Source: a virus
Lineage: Duplodnaviria; Caudoviricetes
Reading direction: 5' to 3' (one strand)
Virus record (IMG/VR): IMGVR_UViG_3300031784_000006
DNA: 64,000 nucleotides
Shown here piece by piece: positions 51,579 to 59,533 of this stretch (positions within the stretch are counted from its first letter, which is position 1; the number at the start of each line of letters is the position of its first letter). The position numbers and the translations under genes are program-made. A model generated the notes under the pieces. That model made no database searches and was not told the origin of the DNA. It saw nothing but the letters and a program-made list of their open reading frames with translations.

Positions 51579-53486
51579 TTATTTTCTTATGAGACTTCCG
51601 TTAGTGTAACTTGTAGATGGGGTGTATAAAGAAGCAGAACTATCATATCCAGTTTCAATTTCATCCAACTTCATTTTTAAGTTTACCTTACTAATATCTA
51701 GTTGCAAATAAAGATCCTGTTTTCCAATAACATCATTTGAAAGAGGTATTGCAGAAATTTCAATTACTGGTTTTTGATTTACTTTTTTTGCAGTAGATAG
51801 TATGTTTATTGGTGATAAATTAATTTCTCCTTTGACATAATCAATCGTACCAACAGATCTTTTTGCAATGATAGAATCTGTTCCATTTATAGTAGCAAAA
51901 AGAAAAATAGTACCAGTTTGATTGTCCGCATTTGGAAAATCTCCAAGATAAACTAAATCTTGAATTCCCAAAACATTAAATCCCGAAGACTTAATGTTAT
52001 ATCCTTGTGGATTTTTTATGTAAAAACTATTACCAAAACAAATTTCATACTCAGCTAACTGGTTTGTGAGAACATTCAAATCTCTTCTAATATTAATTAG
52101 AGTAATGTTTGAGGTTATTGACTGGTGACTATCATCTATAATTTTTTGAAATTTACTGTATTTGAACTTGGCACCATACCTATTTAATTCTGTTGAATTT
52201 GCATATAAATTTATATTGTTTGATATAATAGAACTAACAAAATTTGCATCGGGTGCTAAGTTTGCATTGTAATTTGCTGTAATATCTGCTTCAACATAAA
52301 CGTATTTTAAATCTATAAATTCAACAACAATTCCAGCAACACTATAATCGCGTAATTTCACCTTTAAATTATTTTTTATAGATTGTGGTACAAAAGTACC
52401 ATTATATGGTTTTATGCTAATAAATATTTTTCCAAATTCTGGAGGGTCTAAGGTTTCTCCACCATACACTGATATTGATTGAGTTTCTGGATATAATCTT
52501 GGAACTATAACCTCATAATCAGATGCAGTAACAGCTCTATTTTGCGATGCATAAAATCGAGATGCATATTTTTTAATTGAGTTTACTGATTCTATTTCTT
52601 GCCCACCACTAGATGCGGTGTTAGTGGTTATTAAAGAAATTCCTGAAGTAACGGATAACCCAGAATTATCGAGTATTCTTCCATTAAATGTAAATGAAGA
52701 TACCCCATTTGCAGATTCTGCATTAGTTATTATGCAAGAAACTTCAATATAATTTGAATTTTCTAATTTTTCGCCAAAAATTCCATCACCAAAAATTAGT
52801 TCATATCTCTCATCTTCAACTTCTTGAACAAAGAATATTCTTGATGATGAAGAAACTGAAAATAAATTATTGGATTGGACAAATTTTCTTGAGACGGTGC
52901 TAGTTTGATTATTTCTTACTGATACTGATATTAAAGATGTATCAACATTTGGGTTTGACAAGATAAATCTTTGATTTGCAATGTCGGCCGAAACCGTAAA
53001 TGTATCTACTACATAATTCCCTTCATAAATTTCAATATCTTCAAATAAAGCAATCCCATTTATCACAGGGACTGTAACATCATTTAAAATACAAAAAGAG
53101 TATCCTTGGTCTCCTATTGTTGGAGTAGTTGCAACTACCCCTTTTTTTAAAGTTAATGTTAGAGGATTTGTGTTAAAATCCGTGGTATCTACGAAAAATG
53201 AAATATTAGCTCTAGAAGCAGTTCTTGACTTTGGCACATAACCAACGTTTCTTGCAAGAGAAACAACATTTTCTCTTAATGTTGCACTATCAATAAAAAC
53301 CTCATTGCTAAGCATGTTAGCATTATATGAGGATATGTATGTATTATATGCTAAAGTATCAATTAATACTGATAAATTTGAACCCTCAAAATTATAATCA
53401 GTAAAATTTGAGTTCGATCTTAGATAATCTTTAATCGAAGTTTTTATCTGATCAAAATCTAAATTTGTAAAGTTTGCTAATGGCAT
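51579..53486 (-). CDS. gp6: Baseplate wedge subunit
   Basis: LDFDQIK, FTDYNFEGSNLSVLID.LAYNTY, SATLRENVVSLARNVGY.PKS, QNRAVTASDY. Confidence 0.95.
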   Translation of the reverse strand: MPLANFTNLDFDQIKTSIKDYLRSNSNFTDYNFEGSNLSVLIDTLAYNTYISSYNANMLSNEVFIDSATLRENVVSLARNVGYVPKSRTASRANISFFVDTTDFNTNPLTLTLKKGVVATTPTIGDQGYSFCILNDVTVPVINGIALFEDIEIYEGNYVVDTFTVSADIANQRFILSNPNVDTSLISVSVRNNQTSTVSRKFVQSNNLFSVSSSSRIFFVQEVEDERYELIFGDGIFGEKLENSNYIEVSCIITNAESANGVSSFTFNGRILDNSGLSVTSGISLITTNTASSGGQEIESVNSIKKYASRFYASQNRAVTASDYEVIVPRLYPETQSISVYGGETLDPPEFGKIFISIKPYNGTFVPQSIKNNLKVKLRDYSVAGIVVEFIDLKYVYVEADITANYNANLAPDANFVSSIISNNINLYANSTELNRYGAKFKYSKFQKIIDDSHQSITSNITLINIRRDLNVLTNQLAEYEICFGNSFYIKNPQGYNIKSSGFNVLGIQDLVYLGDFPNADNQTGTIFLFATINGTDSIIAKRSVGTIDYVKGEINLSPINILSTAKKVNQKPVIEISAIPLSNDVIGKQDLYLQLDISKVNLKMKLDEIETGYDSSASLYTPSTSYTNGSLIRK

Positions 53487-53887
53487 TATCGTGTAGGTTC
53501 TAGAGCGAACGTTAGTTGTTGTGATGGCACATCAATGCCTATAATGTTGTATATAATAGTGACATTGAATTCATTATTGTCATAATTGGGAACAATAATG
53601 GTATCGAGCAACTCAACTCTTGGTTCAAAGTTTACGATAGTGTATTCAATTTCATCCTTCAATGCAATTGCAGTATTTTCATCAATATTTTCAAATAAAA
53701 ATCTAGATACTCTGGAACCAAGATTTTGATTATAAATTCTCTCTCCATTTACTGTAAAAATCAAATTTCTTATGGAACGAGAAATCGCTGTTTCATTATT
53801 AAGTGCAATTAGATCATAATTCAATGGATTTGTAAGAAAAGACATACTCAAATCCTTAAAGCCTTGACTTGTCCTTTCTAAAGGCAT
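53486..53887 (-). CDS. gp25: Baseplate wedge / sheath initiator
   Basis: FKDLSMSF..NP, AISRSIRNL, GER, NFEPRVEL, ALEPTR. Confidence 0.93.
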   Translation of the reverse strand: MPLERTSQGFKDLSMSFLTNPLNYDLIALNNETAISRSIRNLIFTVNGERIYNQNLGSRVSRFLFENIDENTAIALKDEIEYTIVNFEPRVELLDTIIVPNYDNNEFNVTIIYNIIGIDVPSQQLTFALEPTR

Positions 53888-53916
53888 AAGAATAAAAAAT
53901 AAATCTATCTTATTTA

Positions 53917-54168
53917 TTAAGGTTTTACTTCATATACGGGTTCTGTACCATAACTCCAGTCATCATAATCTTCATCATTTCGTATTTTTGAGTGAATTTC
54001 ATTTTGGTAGAAAAAATCATGCTTTTTGGGAGTTATTTCGTCGTTTGCAATCTCACGAAGCATTTTTTGCTTCTCTATTTTGGTCTCCCAACCATATTCA
54101 CTAGCTAAAAATTGAGTTCCCCACTCATTTTTCATGAAATTTTGGTCTTTATCAACTTTTTTAGTCAT
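53917..54168 (-). CDS. Hypothetical protein
   Basis: 83 aa ORF in the conserved block before gp25. Confidence 0.65.
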   Translation of the reverse strand: MTKKVDKDQNFMKNEWGTQFLASEYGWETKIEKQKMLREIANDEITPKKHDFFYQNEIHSKIRNDEDYDDWSYGTEPVYEVKP

Positions 54169-54844
54169 TTTTTGCTCCTGATTCGTTAAAATCAGAACTT
54201 TTTACGGGGTTGCTATCCCGAATTTTTGTAATTTCGTACATAAAATCGTCTGAAGTTTCAATTTTGCGACGATTTTCGACTGAATATTCGGTTAAATCAA
54301 TTTCGTATCCTGGATTTTTGGTAATTCTGTTCTTAGTCCATGCATCATCATACCATAAAATTTTATTATTTGGGTATGCATAAAAATTACCATCGTCCAT
54401 CTTAAAAAAATGAGCGCATTTATGCTCTGGAGTCTCACTAAAGTTAGTGTTCAGAGTTGATTTTGATTCCCATGACCAATCAAGAGTGAACATATACGTT
54501 CCTTCATTCTTTTCTCCTCTATAATTAATAAGTTCCGCACGTAAGTTAGCAAGTCTTGAACGTACTTGAACATCAATATAAGGAGAAAAGCAATCCCACC
54601 ACATACATTCTTCCAATTTTGGAACTGGTGCGTCTGGCTTCCAACAAAATGCATGAATAGGTCTTCGAGTCCAGTTCACCCCATTCTCTAAAAATGCCTC
54701 AAAGAGGGGTACGTGCTTCTCTAAGGACGCTACGGAATGCATGTCGCATAAAGTTACCTCCCCATAACCTTTTTTATGATTATAAAGAAATTCATTACGA
54801 ATGTAACAAGTAATTGTGGGAAGATTGTGATTTAAATATGCCAT
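54161..54844 (-). CDS. Hypothetical protein (Trp/His/Cys-rich)
   Basis: 227 aa, YLNHNLP..CYIRNEFL, WWDCFS, PEHKCAH, YAYPNN. Confidence 0.75.
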   Translation of the reverse strand: MAYLNHNLPTITCYIRNEFLYNHKKGYGEVTLCDMHSVASLEKHVPLFEAFLENGVNWTRRPIHAFCWKPDAPVPKLEECMWWDCFSPYIDVQVRSRLANLRAELINYRGEKNEGTYMFTLDWSWESKSTLNTNFSETPEHKCAHFFKMDDGNFYAYPNNKILWYDDAWTKNRITKNPGYEIDLTEYSVENRRKIETSDDFMYEITKIRDSNPVKSSDFNESGAKND

Positions 54845-54855
54845 AAATTTATAAT

Positions 54856-54880
54856 AAAAAAGCAGGAATTTCTTCCTGCT
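54856..54880 (-). terminator. Intrinsic terminator
   Basis: AGCAGGAA-GAAA-TTCCTGCT followed by T-run. Confidence 0.8.
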
Positions 54881-54889
54881 CTATCTATA

Positions 54890-55030
54890 TTATTTTCCTT
54901 GTCCGCGATACCTTTTCTTACGTCCATTACGAGAGGTTGCACTGAGTAGTGTACGAGAAGAACGACCTTGACGAGTCTTCTTCGGTGCTCCGGCTTCGAA
55001 CACAGTCTTATTACTTCCACCTTTAGCCAT
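54890..55030 (-). CDS. Very basic 46-aa hypothetical protein
   Basis: Hand translation MAKGGSNKTVFEAGAPKKTRQGRSSRTLLSATSRNGRKKRYRGQGK. Confidence 0.7.
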   Translation of the reverse strand: MAKGGSNKTVFEAGAPKKTRQGRSSRTLLSATSRNGRKKRYRGQGK

Positions 55031-55178
55031 CGTTAATTTCCTCCAGTTCAATTAAATTAGGATCAACATCTTCATCCGAGTAAAAACGCTCAGATAAGTC
55101 TTGAATAACCTCAGTACATTCTTCTGCACTGAGGTCTGTATAAATTTTACGTCCTTTGTAAAGTACGTTGTATTTCAT
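55023..55178 (-). CDS. Acidic 51-aa hypothetical protein
   Basis: Hand translation MKYNVLYKGRKIYTDLSAEECTEVIQDLSERFYSDEDVDPNLIELEEINDG; TAATG-coupled to the 255-aa ORF. Confidence 0.7.
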   Translation of the reverse strand: MKYNVLYKGRKIYTDLSAEECTEVIQDLSERFYSDEDVDPNLIELEEINDG

Positions 55179-55945
55179 TAGATTACGCGAGTTTTTTCGT
55201 GTCCAACTCTAATACGAGGATCGCACCAGATTTCAAATCCCTCTTCCTTTGCATCAAGACAGAATGAAACATCTTCTCCACACATATCTTGAACTGCTCC
55301 AGATTCAAAGACTTGCATCTTAGGTGCAAACCAAGGATATTCTAGATTTTCAAAGACACCATTCTTAATCATAACCCATCCAAAACCTGTATAATCAACA
55401 GTGAATGGCTTACGACGCTTGCTGATAGATTCTACAGTTTCATGATTCATCACTCCACCATTCTTACGGAAATCATCTTCCTCTAACCAGTGTGCGACAG
55501 AAGTTGTGTGACCATCTTCAGTTGCATACCAACCAGCGACAATTTCACGCTCTTCTCCTTCAGCAGGAAGAGCAACATCACAGAGTTGCCAGAATTTTTC
55601 AGTTGTAAAAACAATATCACTATCAATCCATAGTTGATAATCATATTGTAGTTTTCCATCCCAAGGAATTTGCTTTGGTCCCCTTAGAACATTTGCTCCA
55701 AGTACCTTACAACGTGCAAAGTTTACCATTGATGAGTAATCTTGAGAAATTTGAATACTCATTCCATTTTGTACTAAATCAAAGCAAAGTTGTACAAATG
55801 CTTTGAGAAAAATAAATGAACATCCTCGTCCAGGTAGACAGAAGACAATTGATTTACCTTTCATTCGTTCTTTAATTGCATCATAATCCCATTCTTGTTC
55901 TTTGGGTTTAGGTGCAGTAGCTTTAACAGTGAATCCTTTTGCCAT
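55178..55945 (-). CDS. GT-A fold glycosyltransferase-like protein
   Basis: IVFCLPG N-terminal strand, YQLWIDSDIVF (DxD), GFGWVMI, GEDVSFC, RVGHEK. Confidence 0.65.
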   Translation of the reverse strand: MAKGFTVKATAPKPKEQEWDYDAIKERMKGKSIVFCLPGRGCSFIFLKAFVQLCFDLVQNGMSIQISQDYSSMVNFARCKVLGANVLRGPKQIPWDGKLQYDYQLWIDSDIVFTTEKFWQLCDVALPAEGEEREIVAGWYATEDGHTTSVAHWLEEDDFRKNGGVMNHETVESISKRRKPFTVDYTGFGWVMIKNGVFENLEYPWFAPKMQVFESGAVQDMCGEDVSFCLDAKEEGFEIWCDPRIRVGHEKTRVI

Positions 55946-56004
55946 AAGTTAAAATAACCTTCAACATCAATTTTAACAGTCTATATATGCTTTTGTCAAT
56001 TTAC

Positions 56005-56205
56005 CTAATGCGAAGAATTCAATACAACTTCTTTGCTCAGAACTAGCTCTTCATACTGCAAATCTTCCCTACAAATATTCATATCAAGAAACTCAACCAT
56101 TCTGTGCAACATCTCCCAGGTCTCAGAAAATTTTTCCTCTGATAAACTGTGATAGATGCACCTGTCCTTTGCATATATGTGATATACCTTCTCTTCTTTT
56201 CTCAT
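56005..56205 (-). CDS. Hypothetical protein
   Basis: 66 aa ORF in gene-flow orientation. Confidence 0.6.
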   Translation of the reverse strand: MRKEEKVYHIYAKDRCIYHSLSEEKFSETWEMLHRMVEFLDMNICREDLQYEELVLSKEVVLNSSH

Positions 56206-56225
56206 AAAAAAATTTTCCGGAATTT

Positions 56226-56372
56226 TTATTTAACCATCGCATTATATATCATTACTATCAGTACTCCAAGGGGCACTCCAATGATTCGGAATACCTTCCC
56301 CGGATACCGTATTAACCACCCCTCAAAGACAACCTTCCAAAAATTCCAATAGGGGGTTTTTTGTCTTCTCAT
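56226..56372 (-). CDS. Small membrane protein (48 aa)
   Basis: Hand translation MRRQKTPYWNFWKVVFEGWLIRYPGKVFRIIGVPLGVLIVMIYNAMVK; hydrophobic C-terminus. Confidence 0.65.
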   Translation of the reverse strand: MRRQKTPYWNFWKVVFEGWLIRYPGKVFRIIGVPLGVLIVMIYNAMVK

Positions 56373-56521
56373 ACCTTCCGGAAAATTTTTAAGAGATTGA
56401 TATAGCTCGGTCGATTTGTCACCTCTGTAGGTTAGGGTAGTTTGGGTTTTTTATAACCGCAACGCCGCCGCGACGATATAAACGAACGGCGCAAAACACT
56501 GCCGAACCACTGTCATCACCA

Positions 56522-56550
56522 AGCATAACATAAGTGCCCCTCAGTGTCAA
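56522..56550 (-). promoter_or_regulatory. sigma70-type promoter embedded in a hairpin
   Basis: TTGACA-17 nt-TATGCT; GTGCCCCT/AGGGGCAC inverted repeat spans the -35. Confidence 0.7.
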
Positions 56551-56575
56551 CCAAGGGGCACACAGTTAGACTATA

Positions 56576-56746
56576 TCAGAACGCGATTTCCTCCAGAGTA
56601 GGAATACCCAGAGCAGACTCAAGTTGCGGCGACTCGATATAATCAAAACCACTCACATTATCAGCAGTGAGTGCATCCAGAATGGACAGAATCTCGCTGC
56701 CAGTGTTACCTTGTGCCAGCAGAGAAAGAAGAACTTGCTTGGACAT
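56576..56746 (-). CDS. Hypothetical protein (start corrected to MSKQVLL)
   Basis: 56 aa; track ORF 56576..56806 extends into the promoter region. Confidence 0.6.
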   Translation of the reverse strand: MSKQVLLSLLAQGNTGSEILSILDALTADNVSGFDYIESPQLESALGIPTLEEIAF

Positions 56747-56878
56747 AATAAAGAAGAAAAGTGTTGTGAACTGTGTGTTGGGTGAGAGTGTCCCTAGTCC
56801 TCTCATTGTAGCAGTTGTGCTACTTCCTGGAACGTGCCTAGTTTATACTCATGCGACAGGAGTGAGTGTTACTTAAGA

Positions 56879-57136
56879 CTAGAAATCAAACACGTCAGAG
56901 TTAATCTGAATCACGTTAACTTTCGGGTCCTTGAATGATACTCCATCAGGCGTCTTTAGTGAGTTGAAAGAACACGCCTCTAGTGCATCTACGAAGTCTT
57001 CATAGTTACCTGCTTCCATCGCAAGGTGATACAAACCCTCATCATTGTTAATCCAGAGAGCAACATTCCAGGTCTCATAATTCTCCCAACCATTATACTC
57101 AGTGGAGAGAATGTTGCGTTGATAAGTGGTAGTCAT
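56879..57136 (-). CDS. Early hypothetical protein
   Basis: 85 aa, YNGWENYETWNVALWINNDEGLY motif; first gene after repeat copy 1. Confidence 0.75.
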   Translation of the reverse strand: MTTTYQRNILSTEYNGWENYETWNVALWINNDEGLYHLAMEAGNYEDFVDALEACSFNSLKTPDGVSFKDPKVNVIQINSDVFDF

Positions 57137-57207
57137 CTGTGAGTGGTTGTCCTTACACTATGGGGACAATCTCAGGGGCCCAATAATACTCACTCAGTCG
57201 GTATGAG

Positions 57208-57381
57208 TTACCACTTATCAGGACGGCTGAGGTCTTCCACATAAGCTGACACACGCTCAGCTGGTTCCAATTTGAATACTTTATCCCAGTCAAGTTGATG
57301 CGGGTCGAAGTCTTCGAAGACCTCAAGCTCTAGAGTGACCCTATAACGCTGCTTCTGGGCTTGGCGATACGCAACCGACAT
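57208..57381 (-). CDS. Early hypothetical protein (57 aa)
   Basis: Hand translation MSVAYRQAQKQRYRVTLELEVFEDFDPHQLDWDKVFKLEPAERVSAYVEDLSRPDKW. Confidence 0.7.
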   Translation of the reverse strand: MSVAYRQAQKQRYRVTLELEVFEDFDPHQLDWDKVFKLEPAERVSAYVEDLSRPDKW

Positions 57382-57410
57382 AAGTGTGCTCCGTGAGTGT
57401 TACTGTGGCT

Positions 57411-57439
57411 ACTATAAGATGCTGGGGGCAATGTGTCAA
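57411..57439 (-). promoter_or_regulatory. sigma70-type early promoter
   Basis: TTGACA-17 nt-TATAGT, 30 nt upstream of the ATG at 57381. Confidence 0.8.
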
Positions 57440-57513
57440 GACCTTGGGTGTATTTATGAGGGGTGTTGATATTTTATGAGGGTGATTGTGGGGATTTGGA
57501 AACGTCGGGGTGC

Positions 57514-57542
57514 TTGACATTTTGGAGAGTGTGTGATAGCTT
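57514..57542 (+). promoter_or_regulatory. sigma70-type promoter on plus strand, divergent from 57411-57439
   Basis: TTGACA-17 nt-TAGCTT; no credible plus-strand ORF follows. Confidence 0.55.
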
Positions 57543-57562
57543 GCACGCAAAGATCACAAGAC

Positions 57563-57660
57563 CTAGAAGGATTTAAAAGGCATAAGTTACGGGGTCTAGA
57601 AGGATTTAAAAGGGCTTTATTCCACAGATTCCACAAGCTTTTCCACAAGGCTGTTGAAAA
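57563..57660. repeat. Two 18-bp direct repeats followed by four DnaA-box-like 9-mers (candidate origin)
   Basis: CTAGAAGGATTTAAAAGG at 57563 and 57596; TATTCCACA 57618, GATTCCACA 57627, TTTTCCACA 57639, reverse TTTTCAACA 57652-57660. Confidence 0.6.
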
Positions 57661-57734
57661 CTCAGCTATATTTAAAAAAGGCTTTATTAAACGTTTTAAT
57701 ACATTTTTGACACTAAATCACGTTTTTAGGCATT

Positions 57735-57760
57735 AAAAAAGAGGGGTTAGATCCCCTCTC
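57735..57760 (-). terminator. Intrinsic terminator closing the early cassette region
   Basis: GAGGGG-ATCTAA-CCCCTC followed by TTTTTT on minus strand. Confidence 0.8.
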
Positions 57761-57769
57761 TATGTGTAT

Positions 57770-58006
57770 TCAATCAAGTGCTAATCGGTAACGAGCATAA
57801 TCCTCTGCATCGCTACGTTTGCGGAATCGTGCTTCTTCACCTTCAAATCGTAGAGGCAAATACCTATACTTCTTGCCTTCCTTCGTCATAACAATTCGGG
57901 AGAATAGGTGCAGTGAGTAACTACCATCCTCACTTCTTTCCTTCTCTTTCTTTACAATGAAGGGGAGAACTTGTTGATCGTTGAATGATGCTTTGGAGAG
58001 TAACAT
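57770..58006 (-). CDS. Early hypothetical protein
   Basis: 78 aa ORF ending just before the terminator. Confidence 0.6.
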   Translation of the reverse strand: MLLSKASFNDQQVLPFIVKKEKERSEDGSYSLHLFSRIVMTKEGKKYRYLPLRFEGEEARFRKRSDAEDYARYRLALD

Positions 58007-58037
58007 TTTGGAAAAAAGTATAATGAACTGGAGTGAA

Positions 58038-58175
58038 TCAGTATGTCATAATGGTTGCAATCGTTCCTGCTCGTGTATAGAAATCAACCATTCTTTCTGC
58101 TTCATTGTAGGTACTGAAACCTTGAAACTTCCATCCTTGAGAGTAAGGACAAAACCAGCGAATCGTTGTTCTCAT
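58038..58175 (-). CDS. Small early protein, paralog of 58172..58306
   Basis: Hand translation MRTTIRWFCPYSQGWKFQGFSTYNEAERMVDFYTRAGTIATIMTY. Confidence 0.65.
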   Translation of the reverse strand: MRTTIRWFCPYSQGWKFQGFSTYNEAERMVDFYTRAGTIATIMTY

Positions 58176-58306
58176 TGTGTTACTAATTCAGCAGGACTAC
58201 CACACGATTTATAGAACTCTATCATGCGTTGTGCTTCATCAAGTGTAGAGAATGATTGCGTTCTCCATTGTTGTTGATAAGGCGTAAAGTAGCGAATGGT
58301 GAACAT
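58172..58306 (-). CDS. Small early protein, paralog of 58038..58175
   Basis: Hand translation MFTIRYFTPYQQQWRTQSFSTLDEAQRMIEFYKSCGSPAELVTQ. Confidence 0.7.
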   Translation of the reverse strand: MFTIRYFTPYQQQWRTQSFSTLDEAQRMIEFYKSCGSPAELVTQ

Positions 58307-58578
58307 CAGAACTTATCCATCCATTGTTGAATCTTTTGCAGTGCAGTTGGCTCATCATTGCACTTACACTTGCGGAACTTGGTTGTATTCAAACCTTTTG
58401 AAATCAGTTCCAGTTTGCCATCAGCAAGACAGAAGATTCCATATCGTGAGTTATGGAAAATGTTGTTAATCCAGGAATCTTGAGTATCAGCACTGACCTT
58501 AAAAAAGATCGAAGTGTGATTAGCAAGAGTGCTATTGTCGATGTGGAGATAAGGGAAAGACATTTGGGAAGTGCTCAT
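58306..58578 (-). CDS. Early hypothetical protein
   Basis: 90 aa; ATG lies inside repeat copy 2, alternative start at 58563. Confidence 0.7.
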   Translation of the reverse strand: MSTSQMSFPYLHIDNSTLANHTSIFFKVSADTQDSWINNIFHNSRYGIFCLADGKLELISKGLNTTKFRKCKCNDEPTALQKIQQWMDKF

Positions 58579-58616
58579 ACTACTAGGACAATCTCAGGGG
58601 CCCAGTATTTGTTAGG

Positions 58617-58790
58617 TCAGTCGTTTGAAGTGTGAAGAATGGAGATCATCTTTTGGTAATAGTTGTCTGCTTCTACCTCACATTGATGAGATTCGTTTGC
58701 ATCTTCAATCTCATATTGTTTCATATTAAGACGATGAATAACGCTTTCTAGAAGATCAGTCAGTGCTTCAATCTTTTGTGCTTCAGTCAT
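58617..58790 (-). CDS. Early hypothetical protein (57 aa, helical)
   Basis: Hand translation MTEAQKIEALTDLLESVIHRLNMKQYEIEDANESHQCEVEADNYYQKMISILHTSND. Confidence 0.65.
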   Translation of the reverse strand: MTEAQKIEALTDLLESVIHRLNMKQYEIEDANESHQCEVEADNYYQKMISILHTSND

Positions 58791-59107
58791 TAGTTAAGCA
58801 CCATACCTTCAGTGAAAGGAACTGTGTTGCCATTATCAATCACAAACCATTCAAAGTCACGTTGAAAGATACGGGCATCATTTCCGTGAACTTTCAGAAT
58901 AGCATTGAGACGTGATTTGGTGGTAACAGTCTTATACCCACAGGTGTAAAGTTCAAGGAAGGTATCACCAATCGTTGCGATATGATTGCCATGAAGCATA
59001 ACATATGAAGCATCACGTTCGGGCGAATAAGTTACCTCAGTGTTGTCATTTTTCCAGTCTTTGCAATCACAGATTGCTTTGTTCATTTGGAGTTCAATCT
59101 TACGCAT
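58790..59107 (-). CDS. Early hypothetical protein
   Basis: 105 aa, MRKIELQMNKAI..WKNDNTEV, LHGNHIA, TTKSRLNAIL. Confidence 0.75.
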   Translation of the reverse strand: MRKIELQMNKAICDCKDWKNDNTEVTYSPERDASYVMLHGNHIATIGDTFLELYTCGYKTVTTKSRLNAILKVHGNDARIFQRDFEWFVIDNGNTVPFTEGMVLN

Positions 59108-59161
59108 GGTTGGAAGTTCAGTGGTTATACTACAGGGACAATCTCAGGGGCCCAGTTTCTA

Positions 59162-59362
59162 TCAGGCAGCGATTGCAGACTCCAGACATACCTCACGGGT
59201 TTCGAGAAGTACATAATCGAACTCAGATTCTAACTGCTTCAGGTAAGCATCTGCAGCGGAGAAGCAATCAAACAAGCGGAGAGATTTGAAGTCTTCACCT
59301 TCATAATCAATGCCACCAATTACAGCATAAACTTTAGACATTTGGAAAGCGTTGGTGTTCAT
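59162..59362 (-). CDS. Early hypothetical protein
   Basis: 66 aa; ATG inside repeat copy 4, alternative start MSKVYAV. Confidence 0.7.
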   Translation of the reverse strand: MNTNAFQMSKVYAVIGGIDYEGEDFKSLRLFDCFSAADAYLKQLESEFDYVLLETREVCLESAIAA

Positions 59363-59407
59363 ACTATAGGGACAATCTCAGGGGCCCAGTTTTTATCAAC
59401 TTTTGAT

Positions 59408-59533
59408 TTATTCTTCAGATATATGACAAAACTCCATCAAATAGTAATCAATACTGATGCCAAGTTCGATTGCTTCGTCTTTGATTTCCTCGTAAATGTT
59501 TTCAGGAATTGTATGATATTCAGTCTCAATCAT
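59408..59533 (-). CDS. Small acidic early protein (start corrected to MIETEYH)
   Basis: 41 aa; GGAGG 10-15 nt upstream; track ORF 59408..59659 overlaps another ORF. Confidence 0.6.
   Translation of the reverse strand: MIETEYHTIPENIYEEIKDEAIELGISIDYYLMEFCHISEE

Noticed and set aside
56346-56362. GGGGGTTTTTT as a terminator
   Set aside because: No matching stem; it is the reverse complement of codons in the 48-aa ORF
57341-57736. Track ORFs 57341-57550, 57454-57648 and 57533-57736
   Set aside because: They overlap promoters and repeats, lack protein-like features, and conflict with the better ORF at 57208-57381
56391-57760. tRNA genes in the noncoding stretches
   Set aside because: No TTCGA T-loop with cloverleaf pairing found by eye; tRNAscan-SE would be decisive
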